Shown piece after piece: positions 10,353 to 19,645 of a stretch of 27,581 nt of DNA (position 1 is the stretch's first letter; each line of letters starts with the position of its first letter). Below the pieces are notes generated by a model. The model searched no databases. It was not told where the DNA came from and saw only the letters and a list, made by a program, of their open reading frames with translations. The stretch spans positions 1 through 27,581 of IMG/VR virus record IMGVR_UViG_3300025127_000204; one strand, 5' to 3'. The DNA comes from a virus (taxonomy: Duplodnaviria > Caudoviricetes). Position numbers and translations under genes: made by a program.

Positions 10353-10383
10353 CTTTTACTTCGTTTTCCCATGTAAATCAAGA
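10353..10383 (-). promoter_or_regulatory. Possible promoter for the internal virion protein block
   Basis: TC-TTGATT(10381-10376)-17-TAAAAG(10358-10353), 20 nt upstream of the ATG at 10333. The -10 element is weak. Confidence 0.3.
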
Positions 10384-10532
10384 GGCGGCATGATTACCCT
10401 GACGTCCCTTTGGATCTCTTCTTCCGGGATATTTGCTGCTTTTAAAGCCTCTTCGTCTTTGTATATCTCACCTGTCTTCTTGTTTTTAATTGTAGTTATT
10501 ATTTCTTGTGGCGTCAATTCAATAATTTCCAT
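10356..10532 (-). CDS. Small hypothetical phage protein (58 aa)
   Basis: Not in the ORF track. TAATG-coupled at 10532 with AGGAG upstream. MEIIELTPQEIITTIKNKKTGEIYKDEEALKAANIPEEEIQRDVRVIMPPLDLHGKTK. Confidence 0.8.
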   Translation of the reverse strand: MEIIELTPQEIITTIKNKKTGEIYKDEEALKAANIPEEEIQRDVRVIMPPLDLHGKTK

Positions 10533-10870
10533 TAGTCTGTTTTCTCCTTTAATATATTTAGATAACTAATACCTATATCAACACCATCAGACATAGTCCC
10601 TGCTGTGATGTAACTTAATATCGTGTTACCCTCTACAATGAGAGGCAACGATAATATTTCAACACTGGTATTAACCGCTAATTGTTGTGTGTTAATAATA
10701 AAAAACCCGTTATTTTTAATACTTATTGTAGGAGTATTAGATCCAGATTTATTAGTAACTCTTAAAGATTTTATAATTATAGTTTCATTTATTGTAGGCG
10801 ACAACATATTAACTGTTTCAGCAGCTGTTGTGGCTTTGCCATAAAATTTATATTGGTTTACTATTGCCAT
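10532..10870 (-). CDS. Small beta-rich virion structural protein (hypothetical)
   Basis: 112 aa, CAGGAG SD, TAATG coupling at both ends. Confidence 0.75.
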   Translation of the reverse strand: MAIVNQYKFYGKATTAAETVNMLSPTINETIIIKSLRVTNKSGSNTPTISIKNNGFFIINTQQLAVNTSVEILSLPLIVEGNTILSYITAGTMSDGVDIGISYLNILKEKTD

Positions 10871-11034
10871 TATTCTAAAAAGAAACTTTTAGCTTCTATC
10901 TCCTGTTTAACTTCATCTTGAAAAGATGTGTTTAATTTTTGTATAACTGAATCAAGATCTCTTACCAAAGATTGAAAAGTTCTTTCTTCATATTCTTTAC
11001 TTGCTCTTGTTAATGATTGTACAATTCTTGCCAT
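10870..11034 (-). CDS. Small coiled-coil hypothetical protein (54 aa)
   Basis: Not in the ORF track. TAATG overlaps at both ends with AGGAGG upstream. MARIVQSLTRASKEYEERTFQSLVRDLDSVIQKLNTSFQDEVKQEIEAKSFFLE. Confidence 0.85.
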   Translation of the reverse strand: MARIVQSLTRASKEYEERTFQSLVRDLDSVIQKLNTSFQDEVKQEIEAKSFFLE

Positions 11035-12254
11035 TATAATATACTTGCTAGTCCTCCTCTTCTAAACGGAGTTCCCGGTGTATCGTCAGTTCCTCCTTTA
11101 CTTACAGATCCTTCTATGTTACTGCCGCTTGAATGCGGACCATAATCTTTTCCGCTGTTATCTATATTTGCAAAATTACCAGATCCCGTAAACCCATCAT
11201 TACTAGTAGCGCCACCAGTAGTAGTGCCACCCGTTGTGGTAGGTGGTCCCCCGTGAATATTTGTGCCATCATATGTTTCTTCAAACATTTCTTTAACTCC
11301 AGGTCTAGAATAATTTTTAACAAAATTATCTATTCTATTTTGATACTCTTTTTCCTCAACTTCTTTTAATTCTTTTGCACCTTGATTATAAAAATCTTGC
11401 ATCTCTAAATTCATCTTGTTCATCTCTGCCCATGTTTTACCAAACTGATTTGTATTATTTAAATCTCCATATCTATCTTCCCATCTTGCTTTAGATTTTT
11501 CTATAGAAGCATTTAATTCGTCTGCTCTATTTTTAGTATAGTCAGCATAGTTACCAAACAGTGATCTAGTATTGATTCCAAATGGATCTTTGTTTAATCC
11601 AGAAGTGTTTTCTCCAAATATTGTTGGACCTCTGTATCCCATTCTAGATGCAATAAAGGCTTGGTCAGCTCTAGGAAGAGAACCATATCTATCAAGTTTA
11701 CCTAAGACTGCTGCCATGATTCCAGGTCCTGAAGTTACTCCTGAGTATCCTTCTTCTAAAATTTCTCTAGCTGATTGTGGTTTACTTACGAACGGTAGAC
11801 TATAAAACGCATCTGCTATTCTTCTACCTATCGTATTTTTTGCACCAGCTTGATAAACACCCGGCGAACCTTTAATTGTTACTGGACCAAATTCAGCAAA
11901 CTCCAAATTATTCCCCATAATATCTTCTATCCCTGGTGCACCTATATTTTCCATAAGTATATCAGCACCTCGTACACCTTTTTGTTCTAAAGGCATGTTT
12001 AATGCTTCTAATCTTTTTTGTCTGTCATCTACTGCTTGATTAAAACCAGAAACTAAAGAACCAGTAGTGCCGGTGTAATAATTATTCTGACCACCGCCAC
12101 CAGTAAAAGCATTAGTTGCCGGTAGTCCAAACGTACTTTCTATTTTTTGTACTTCAGTATTTGGTGCTGTAAAACCTAACCGATATTTTTCTTGAGGTAC
12201 ATATTGATATTTTTTGTAAAGCTCTTGATCAGCGGGACTATAAAATGCTACCAT
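11034..12254 (-). CDS. Hypothetical virion-associated protein
   Basis: 406 aa, low-complexity G/T/S tail ending FRRGGLASIL, TAATG-coupled to the nozzle gene. Confidence 0.7.
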   Translation of the reverse strand: MVAFYSPADQELYKKYQYVPQEKYRLGFTAPNTEVQKIESTFGLPATNAFTGGGGQNNYYTGTTGSLVSGFNQAVDDRQKRLEALNMPLEQKGVRGADILMENIGAPGIEDIMGNNLEFAEFGPVTIKGSPGVYQAGAKNTIGRRIADAFYSLPFVSKPQSAREILEEGYSGVTSGPGIMAAVLGKLDRYGSLPRADQAFIASRMGYRGPTIFGENTSGLNKDPFGINTRSLFGNYADYTKNRADELNASIEKSKARWEDRYGDLNNTNQFGKTWAEMNKMNLEMQDFYNQGAKELKEVEEKEYQNRIDNFVKNYSRPGVKEMFEETYDGTNIHGGPPTTTGGTTTGGATSNDGFTGSGNFANIDNSGKDYGPHSSGSNIEGSVSKGGTDDTPGTPFRRGGLASIL

Positions 12255-14440
12255 TATCTTCTACCATCCGGTTGTATATCTAATCTAAACGTACCAAGTT
12301 TCCAATTTTCTGTAGTACTAGTGTTAGAAATTTTTAAAGCGATAGATCTTGCTCTAACTCTTGTGTCTATTTTAGTTGTTGCTGAAGTAGTTGTAAAGTT
12401 ATTGGTTGTAGCAGAGTTGTTAGGAAAATCTCTAGTAATTAAACTAACCTGCGTGTTCCCTGTTTGAGCAATAAAGTCAGGAATAAATCTTCTTATTTTC
12501 ATTATGTACTCACCATCGCCTCTGAGATCTGGCATACCTACAACTTGTCCTGTGTTACTTCTTCTTTGAGTAATATCAAAATCACCGGAAGTAATAGTAG
12601 CTATGATTGCAGTTACAACCCCACCGGCATTTACTTGATCGGTCCCCGTTTCATGTTCATAGTATATTGTAGAACCATCTGTGTTACCAACTACATCGAA
12701 AGAATCATCTTCACTTATTTTATAACATGTAGCGTGTGGTTTACCAAAAACTGCAGAGTCCTGCCAGGTTGTTCTAGGGAGAGAACCTGTAGTCCATATA
12801 GGTCTTTGATTAGTAGAATCTAAATAATTATAAGTCACAACTCTGTCAACAGCATCAGATCCTTCTTGCGGATAGAACCAGTTTATTTCACCAAACAAAT
12901 TATTAATACCTGCATATACTAAATTTCTAGATACAGTATTAAGGTCATCGTAAACGTAGTCTTCTACTAAACAAGGCATAGATTTTAACTGACCATCGTA
13001 TTTAAAAAAACCGTTCTCTGACATCCAATAAGAACTACCATCAACTTCAACGGCTGCATTCTTACCTAGTAGTCCACAATTAGTTCCAACTTGTTGAAAA
13101 GAAAATGTAAATGGTTGACCTACGAACTGCATTAAAAACAAAGCCGTGTCGGTCCAAATGTAAATTGCATCTCTACCTCTGATGGCTCCCATAATCATAG
13201 AACCGTCTGCAAGTCTTTGTGTTCCTGCTGTATTATTGGCAGACACAGTATAAGAATCTGTTTGATCAATATTTTCTTGATCAGAGAATCTGATAAACAT
13301 ATCGTCTTGGGTAGCAGGATTACCAATTGTGGTCTCTGTCCCAAAGAATACTAAGTGACGATCCGGTGTAGATACTAAGACATGTCTAGATGCTGTAGGT
13401 GCATTTGCTATAACAGTTGCTCGTGTAGATGTTGCAGCAGGACCAGCAGCGTCCCATTCAAAACATTTACCATTATATATAAGTGCAATTAATTTTGTAC
13501 CATAGTTGTCTAGAACCCAAAGACCTGGCTCAATAGTGAAGTCAGCTGATGAGGGATCACCCCAAGCAACAAAAGCAGATATGTTAGTTACGGTTGCTCC
13601 TCCTGAGTGAGTAGATTTTGTAGTTCCATTTACTCCTCTGGCACCACCGCTTAAAGTATTTGTTGTAGTGTCGTTGTTAGTAAAGCTAATGTCCTCTGAT
13701 CCAATTCTTATTTCTCCAGCATTTGGAAAGGCAGCCGAATTGGCAAGAACAATATCAGTAGTTGTTGTATTTGTTAGTGCAGTTGCAAGCGTTGTTGTAG
13801 CGGGCCCAATTGCAGTACCTCCCCACAATGCCGTACCCCAACCATAACCACCTAATTCTTGTGCTGGCCCCACGTGTTCATAACATAAAGCTGTAGCAGA
13901 ACCCGTGCTTGCTAAATTAGTACCAGCAGAATTTGCTGCTGCTGTAATTGTAACTTGATCACTATCTACTATGGAAGTCACCATGTATTTAATTCCTTCA
14001 AATGTAGCGTCAGTATACGCTGAGTTCCCTGATCCCGTAATCCCGGTCACTGATTCAAACTTAACAATGTCACCAGCTTGGAAACCATGAGCACTTGGAA
14101 AATTTACTGTAATAATTTTTGAACCAGAAGTACTAGTAAAACTCACTCCTGTTATAGTCGCACGTATAGGATGAATATCATAAAAAATTCCTCCGGAATA
14201 AACGTATAAAATTCTGTTAGTACCAATAGCCGCATATTTGATACCTGAGTTATCGTCCCAATGATGCAAGGCTCTAGCGGCTCCAGTAAGTTTGTCGGCT
14301 CCTAATTGAGTCCAACCGCCTATTTTTTCTGGTGTACCATATCTAAAACGTACATTGTCACCATCAAACCATTGCCCTTCAGCGCCGGTTTCTGTGACTT
14401 GTTTATTAAATCCTGGAGCAAAACCTAATTTTTGTAGCAT
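12254..14440 (-). CDS. Tail nozzle / tail tubular protein B-like (P22 gp10-like role) with inserted beta domains
   Basis: 728 aa, N-terminal WFDGDNVRFRYGTPEKIGGW, propeller-like IRFSDQEN, IYIWTD and YWMSENGFFKYDG segments, C-terminal WKLGTFRLDIQPDGRR. Precedes the internal virion genes. Confidence 0.75.
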   Translation of the reverse strand: MLQKLGFAPGFNKQVTETGAEGQWFDGDNVRFRYGTPEKIGGWTQLGADKLTGAARALHHWDDNSGIKYAAIGTNRILYVYSGGIFYDIHPIRATITGVSFTSTSGSKIITVNFPSAHGFQAGDIVKFESVTGITGSGNSAYTDATFEGIKYMVTSIVDSDQVTITAAANSAGTNLASTGSATALCYEHVGPAQELGGYGWGTALWGGTAIGPATTTLATALTNTTTTDIVLANSAAFPNAGEIRIGSEDISFTNNDTTTNTLSGGARGVNGTTKSTHSGGATVTNISAFVAWGDPSSADFTIEPGLWVLDNYGTKLIALIYNGKCFEWDAAGPAATSTRATVIANAPTASRHVLVSTPDRHLVFFGTETTIGNPATQDDMFIRFSDQENIDQTDSYTVSANNTAGTQRLADGSMIMGAIRGRDAIYIWTDTALFLMQFVGQPFTFSFQQVGTNCGLLGKNAAVEVDGSSYWMSENGFFKYDGQLKSMPCLVEDYVYDDLNTVSRNLVYAGINNLFGEINWFYPQEGSDAVDRVVTYNYLDSTNQRPIWTTGSLPRTTWQDSAVFGKPHATCYKISEDDSFDVVGNTDGSTIYYEHETGTDQVNAGGVVTAIIATITSGDFDITQRRSNTGQVVGMPDLRGDGEYIMKIRRFIPDFIAQTGNTQVSLITRDFPNNSATTNNFTTTSATTKIDTRVRARSIALKISNTSTTENWKLGTFRLDIQPDGRR

Positions 14441-14464
14441 ATTAATCCCTAGTTTATTAGGGTT

Positions 14465-14491
14465 TATACTAGATTTAAAGATTTTTCAAGA
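14465..14491 (-). promoter_or_regulatory. Putative late promoter, copy 1 of TCTTG-N10-AAATCTAGTATA
   Basis: Same motif with the same spacing at 27322-27348. Intergenic, 25 nt upstream of the nozzle ATG. Confidence 0.6.
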
Positions 14492-14493
14492 AC

Positions 14494-15099
14494 CTATCCG
14501 AACTCTACCCATCCAGTAAGGATGTATTTTTCATTAGATATTGGTGGGTTACCTCTATGTGTATATTCAAAGCTAGCTGGAAATATGGCTAGTCTACCTG
14601 TCTTAGCTTCTATTCTTCTACTTAAATATAAAAATTCTGTCTCTCCACCTTCTTCAACATCATTTAAATATAAGGTAAATGTAAATAATCTTTTTGTCCA
14701 TTTATTACTGCCATCTTCAGAATGCCAGCTATGATAACCCTGACCCGGTAATGTTTTTTGTATTTTTAAATATTTAATTGTGTGGAAATCATGGTTTTTT
14801 AATATCGAAAAATCTTTCAAATAATCTTCATGAGGTCCTTTAAAATAAGCTTCTATAAACTTTTTTGATACAAAAGCTCCCTGTGGAATTTCATGATCGC
14901 TTCCATGCTCGTATATAGCTTCATGCAAAGCAACCTGTTCATCTTCCGCTATACTCTCTTTGTCTCTTTCATTGTAGTTTCTTCTTTTACTAGTATAACC
15001 TGCTTTTTGTAAATTTTTGTATATTTCAATAAACATTTCACAGTCTTTTTCAGACATCCAGTTATCATAAATTTTAATAGTTTTATCTAATGGTTTCAT
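14494..15099 (-). CDS. 2OG-Fe(II) dioxygenase (prolyl-4-hydroxylase-like)
   Basis: YHSWHSE (HxE), LYLNDVEEGGETEF, IFP, THRG, KY. Confidence 0.9.
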   Translation of the reverse strand: MKPLDKTIKIYDNWMSEKDCEMFIEIYKNLQKAGYTSKRRNYNERDKESIAEDEQVALHEAIYEHGSDHEIPQGAFVSKKFIEAYFKGPHEDYLKDFSILKNHDFHTIKYLKIQKTLPGQGYHSWHSEDGSNKWTKRLFTFTLYLNDVEEGGETEFLYLSRRIEAKTGRLAIFPASFEYTHRGNPPISNEKYILTGWVEFG

Positions 15100-16703
15100 T
15101 TTTTTATTTTTAATTTAGCTACATTGCCGCCATCGTATATGTAAGTTCTTAAAAAATCAAAATACTTAGGCCAGTCTTTTATAATCTTTTCTTTTGTTTT
15201 AATTATATTGAAAGTTTGTTTTTTACCAAGTTTTATTCCATCATTTCTAAACGTAGTATCTTTACAAGCAAGAGCATGTTTAAGACTCATTTCATCTGTA
15301 GGAAACCAATGCATACCATGAGCTATGCAATCCAACCCAGCAAAAGTAGGGTCATACCAATATCTTTCAAATCTTTTCCAAACAGCTTCTCTAAAACCAT
15401 TTACTCCACTTGCTTTTAAATCTAATAAATCTGTGCAATACTCTCTATTTTTTACATCTCTCCAGTATTTAGTGTCGTCTCTTTGAGTCATTGCATAATG
15501 CATTGCTACAAACTCTGCAAAATTTCTAAACATTAATTTACATTTCCAATTAAATGCATCTTTATCAAATCTAGATGGAGAATGTCTTTGAAGTATTCTA
15601 ACCAGCTGCATTAAAAATTCATGCACAGTAAACAGACCATTACTTTCTAAAGGCTCAATAAAACCAGCAGCTAAACCAATTGCACAAACATTTTTAGAAT
15701 ATATTCTTTTATGGACTCCAACCCTCATTTTAATAGTTCTAAACTCTACATTATCGATTGGGTGATTACCTTTTTTAAGATATTCTTTAAAATCTATTTT
15801 AGCTTGTTCATCAGATATATACTTATCTGAATACACATAACCCATACCCATTCGTGACCATAATGGTATTTCCCAAATCCAACCATTGTCGTATGCAACA
15901 CAGTTTGTATATGGCACTGTTTGTTTCCTTTGATTTATAAATGGCACTCGTGCTGCAACAGCAGAGTTATTTGGTAGTATATCTTCATAGCTTTCAAAAG
16001 GTTCTTGTAAAGCTTTGTCTAATAATAATGATTTAAATCCAGTGCAATCTATAAATAAATCAGCAGAAATAGTTTGATGTTTATTTATCATTAATTCTCT
16101 AATACCATTTTCATCTGTCATGGTATCAGTAACGTCACCTACAATATATTTAACTCCTTTGTTTAAAGCCCAATTAGATTTTAAATATTGTCCAAACTTT
16201 ACTGCATCAAAATGATATGCAACATCTTGTTTAAAATTAAACATAGGTAATTTTTCTTGTGGATTCTCACATAACTTACCGCTGTTTACTAATAACATGT
16301 TTGTGTAGAACCATTCAGCATAAGTATGAGTTGGCTCTGTATTACCGGTCATAATTCTATAATCAATCCAATCATTAGAACTATTTTGACATCCTCTTAA
16401 ATCTGCTTCTCCAAAAGGATAATGAAAATGGCCACCACCTTTTCTATAAAAATCTTGAAAACGTATACTAAGTTTATATGTAGCATCGGTAGCTTTCATA
16501 AACTCTTTATCTTCAATGCCCATATAATTTAACCAGTTATTTATTTGACCTAGTGTGCTTTCACCTACACCGACAATAGGAATATTAGGACTTTCAATTA
16601 ATGTAATATCTTTATCAGGACATGCTTTAGCTAACGTAGCTGCTGTCATCCATCCGGCAGAACCTCCTCCAACAATAACTATTTTAAAACGCCCAGCTGA
16701 CAT
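15096..16703 (-). CDS. Flavin-dependent halogenase (tryptophan halogenase/PrnA family)
   Basis: GGGSAG FAD motif, GVGEST, ATYKLSIRF (catalytic Lys), AYHFDA, FIDCTGF, WIWEIP (WxWxIP), FIEPLESNG. AGGAGAGAGG upstream of the start. Confidence 0.93.
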   Translation of the reverse strand: MSAGRFKIVIVGGGSAGWMTAATLAKACPDKDITLIESPNIPIVGVGESTLGQINNWLNYMGIEDKEFMKATDATYKLSIRFQDFYRKGGGHFHYPFGEADLRGCQNSSNDWIDYRIMTGNTEPTHTYAEWFYTNMLLVNSGKLCENPQEKLPMFNFKQDVAYHFDAVKFGQYLKSNWALNKGVKYIVGDVTDTMTDENGIRELMINKHQTISADLFIDCTGFKSLLLDKALQEPFESYEDILPNNSAVAARVPFINQRKQTVPYTNCVAYDNGWIWEIPLWSRMGMGYVYSDKYISDEQAKIDFKEYLKKGNHPIDNVEFRTIKMRVGVHKRIYSKNVCAIGLAAGFIEPLESNGLFTVHEFLMQLVRILQRHSPSRFDKDAFNWKCKLMFRNFAEFVAMHYAMTQRDDTKYWRDVKNREYCTDLLDLKASGVNGFREAVWKRFERYWYDPTFAGLDCIAHGMHWFPTDEMSLKHALACKDTTFRNDGIKLGKKQTFNIIKTKEKIIKDWPKYFDFLRTYIYDGGNVAKLKIKK

Positions 16704-17238
16704 ATGAATACCTCTCTCCTTTTTCTATAGTTTTAACTTCATGTGGGTACATAAAATTAGATGGAAATACTATAATATCTCCTTTCTTTAATTTCATGTC
16801 TACATCATTAACGTAAAATTTTCCTCCAGTAAAGGTGTCATTTAGTAACCCTACTATACTTAAAATAGGTATACCTTTGTCATTACCATCAAACAAAGAA
16901 TGAATGTGATCATAATGTTTTTTCATATCTTTGCCTTCACCATATTTATTTAATCTCGGTTTTGATATTTTAGAATATAATTTTTCTTTAGATATTTTTT
17001 TTGAATAATCTTTCAAACATCTTTCAATAGCAGGAGATAAAATTTCAAGAAAATTTACATCTGTGTCTGCTATACTGCAATCTGTGTTTGCATGTTTAGA
17101 AGTATTGTTTTCAACATTGTACCATTCATGAGGAACAAATTCTCTTGTTTTATAAAGTCTTACTAAGTGATCACACTCTTTATCACTTAGATAGTTTTCA
17201 ACGAATACGTAATCTTTAATTTTTGTTTTTTGGCTCAT
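16684..17238 (-). CDS. 2OG-Fe(II) dioxygenase
   Basis: HYD (HxD), LNDTFTGGKF, VFPSNFMYPHEV, GERYS. Confidence 0.9.
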   Translation of the reverse strand: MSQKTKIKDYVFVENYLSDKECDHLVRLYKTREFVPHEWYNVENNTSKHANTDCSIADTDVNFLEILSPAIERCLKDYSKKISKEKLYSKISKPRLNKYGEGKDMKKHYDHIHSLFDGNDKGIPILSIVGLLNDTFTGGKFYVNDVDMKLKKGDIIVFPSNFMYPHEVKTIEKGERYSYVSWAF

Positions 17239-17860
17239 GTAAATTTAGTTCGGTTAATCTAGCTCTTTCTCCTACAAGACCACTAAACCAAGTGTTGAAA
17301 GAAATAGATATTCTACAATTCTCGGATTTATTAGGCGCTACTCTATGCATAGTAGAAGAAGGAAATATTAATAATGCACCATTTTTTGTTTCGAATGCAA
17401 GGTCTGGACTATTTAATTGATTGAGTTTTTTATATCTTAAATTCAACCAAGGTAAAATTAAATGTTCTTTTTCTTTTTCAAAAAGTATTGGAGACGTATT
17501 TTCAACATACATTACGCCAGACAAACAAGAATTAGTATGACGGTGTGAGTGATGCTCTGTTGCTTTTTCATTAAAATTAATCCATGATTGTGTTATGTGT
17601 AAAGGAGATTCTTGAGAAACCTCCATCATGCCATGCCAATAAGCTTCTAGATTTTCTTCTACAAATTTTTTAACTCCTTCTAATTCTTTATGTTTAAAAA
17701 CATATCTATCAGTAGAAGTATGGTTCTTACCTTTGTTTTCCGTAATGTTTGAATAAAATGATTTTATAAATTTTATTTCTTTTTTTGAAAAAGGGTATGG
17801 CTCTGTTTGCCATATAGGAATTCCAAATATAGAATTAACACTTACGTTTTTAGATTTCAT
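17216..17860 (-). CDS. Putative 2OG-Fe(II) oxygenase (TIGR02466-like, HxH type)
   Basis: ITQSWIN, HRHTNSCLSGVMY, LLIFPSSTMHRV, RISISFN. Confidence 0.85.
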   Translation of the reverse strand: MKSKNVSVNSIFGIPIWQTEPYPFSKKEIKFIKSFYSNITENKGKNHTSTDRYVFKHKELEGVKKFVEENLEAYWHGMMEVSQESPLHITQSWINFNEKATEHHSHRHTNSCLSGVMYVENTSPILFEKEKEHLILPWLNLRYKKLNQLNSPDLAFETKNGALLIFPSSTMHRVAPNKSENCRISISFNTWFSGLVGERARLTELNLHEPKNKN

Positions 17861-18356
17861 AATTAAAATTTATGTTCCACCTATATGCTGCATCGGTCTG
17901 ACTAACAGATCGATGTTCTTTGCTGCCATCAAATATGCAGGCACTGTTTTTTATAGATTTAAAATTAGGCATTTTTGTGTCTTTAAATTCTGTATAACCA
18001 TTATTAGTGTTTAATGATAATATTAAAGTTTTGTAATTGGAACTAGCAGGAAGATCAGTATGATAGCCGCTTTTAATAGGTTTAAATTGATTAGGTAAAC
18101 AATTTATTTTCATTCTTATCATTCTAAAAAAATCTGGTTCTATTGATTTTATTTTTTTAACGATAGGTCTTCCAATTGTTTCAAACAAACCGCTATTTAC
18201 TTGTTGCTGTTCATTAATTAACACATGGGTAAACAAAACTTGACCGTCGCCTTCTTTAGTCGCCCCTGCTTGTGTGTACCAAGGCATGTCATTAGAAGTA
18301 ATTATTTTATAAATATCTTCAAATGTTTCGTCGTCTAAAAAATTATTTATTAGCAT
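17850..18356 (-). CDS. 2OG-Fe(II) dioxygenase-like protein (marine phage type)
   Basis: RMKIN, GYHTD (HxD), NTNNGYTEF, IFDGSKEHRS, RWNINFNY. Confidence 0.8.
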   Translation of the reverse strand: MLINNFLDDETFEDIYKIITSNDMPWYTQAGATKEGDGQVLFTHVLINEQQQVNSGLFETIGRPIVKKIKSIEPDFFRMIRMKINCLPNQFKPIKSGYHTDLPASSNYKTLILSLNTNNGYTEFKDTKMPNFKSIKNSACIFDGSKEHRSVSQTDAAYRWNINFNYEI

Positions 18357-19065
18357 ATGGACACTCCTTTAAATTTTTAAATCTATTAGTAAATTTTTGT
18401 TGAATAACCAAACGTTTTTTTTCATCATACTCTTTTAATTCTTTTGTCTCTTCAACAATTTCACCGACATAGTCATCTGGAATAGGTATGTATTGTGCAA
18501 GAGGTGTTCCTTTTACTATTACATTCTTTTTTTCTTTATTGTTAAAAAAACTTTTTCTAAGAATTATTTGATGGTTTGTTTGTGGCCACATAGAAGCAGG
18601 CAAAACTCCACTCAACACTTGCCAATCAGGATTAAATTCATAGCTCATTGGTAACTGAAGTAAAGACCAACCCTTAGATATTTTAACTAACCATGGGGAC
18701 ACTGGTTTGAGTACACAGACAATTGAGGATTGCTCATGTTGAGGTAATAAATCTTTGTACTGATAATCATCGTGAAATTCAAATTGAAAATCTACATTTG
18801 GAGTTCGCCAACTTACCATACCATTATCATTTAGCCAAAGCTCCACATCACACCATAAAGGCATTACCCAACCTGCAGAAAAATATTTTAAAAAAGAAGG
18901 ACACAATTTTACATTTGAATGAGATTTACTATAATCTTTTTTTACTTGTTTAAACCATTGTGGAACGTATTTATTAGCAGGCACAACAGGAGTGATTTTA
19001 TCTAAATGTTTTATATTAGACCACCAGGTAACAACAGGTTTTTTATTTTTAAAAAAGCTAAACAT
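18343..19065 (-). CDS. Hypothetical protein, DUF6065-like / probable dUTPase-like beta fold
   Basis: PQWFK, KLCPSF, GWVMPLWCD, SPW, GWSLL and KGTPLAQYIP motifs. ATG at 19065 follows the upstream stop (19067-19069), so it is preferred over the track start at 19101. Confidence 0.6.
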   Translation of the reverse strand: MFSFFKNKKPVVTWWSNIKHLDKITPVVPANKYVPQWFKQVKKDYSKSHSNVKLCPSFLKYFSAGWVMPLWCDVELWLNDNGMVSWRTPNVDFQFEFHDDYQYKDLLPQHEQSSIVCVLKPVSPWLVKISKGWSLLQLPMSYEFNPDWQVLSGVLPASMWPQTNHQIILRKSFFNNKEKKNVIVKGTPLAQYIPIPDDYVGEIVEETKELKEYDEKKRLVIQQKFTNRFKNLKECPYANK

Positions 19066-19066
19066 A

Positions 19067-19630
19067 TTATTTTTCAAATTGAGGGTTAAAGTTTCCTCCA
19101 AAAGTCATGTTAATTGAATATCTAAAAGTAGGAGCATGCATAGTCGATGGACGTATTAGATGTGGAATGGTGGCATCAAATATAACGATTCTATTAGGTA
19201 GAGGCTGAACATGTTGTCTAACACTTTTTCTGTCGTCGTTTAAAAACAATGTATCTGCTCCCCATTCTAAATCCCATCTCATATTTGCATAGTATAAAAA
19301 ACTCCATATATCTTTATTTCCAGAATCATCGTGTGGGTGGTAAAGACCGTAAGAAGTAATAGCATTTACTAAAGTTCGAGTTACAGTTTTGTAACTTAAG
19401 TTAAATTTATCTTTAATCTCTTTAGGTAAAGCATCTAACAAACCTAATTCTTTTAAATCATTTCTTGAATACGTAGAGCCAAAATTTTTTCTTTCTTCGT
19501 AATCTTTGCAGGCACTGTCGGATGTACCTATTTTAAAATAAGAATTGTTTACAAAGTCGTAAAATTTTTGAGTGTAGTGTGACTCAAAAACATTATCATA
19601 AATGTATATTTGATTTTTTTCTGCTTTCAT
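19067..19630 (-). CDS. 2OG-Fe(II) dioxygenase
   Basis: HDD (HxD), LYYANMRWDLEWGADT, PNRIVIFDATIPH, RYS. Confidence 0.88.
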   Translation of the reverse strand: MKAEKNQIYIYDNVFESHYTQKFYDFVNNSYFKIGTSDSACKDYEERKNFGSTYSRNDLKELGLLDALPKEIKDKFNLSYKTVTRTLVNAITSYGLYHPHDDSGNKDIWSFLYYANMRWDLEWGADTLFLNDDRKSVRQHVQPLPNRIVIFDATIPHLIRPSTMHAPTFRYSINMTFGGNFNPQFEK

Positions 19631-19645
19631 AAAAATTATGAAAAC

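Noticed and set aside
14494-19630. Reading the cassette as a pyrrolnitrin-type or other small-molecule biosynthetic cluster
   Set aside because: No prnB/C/D-like genes, NRPS/PKS, transporter or flavin reductase in the window.
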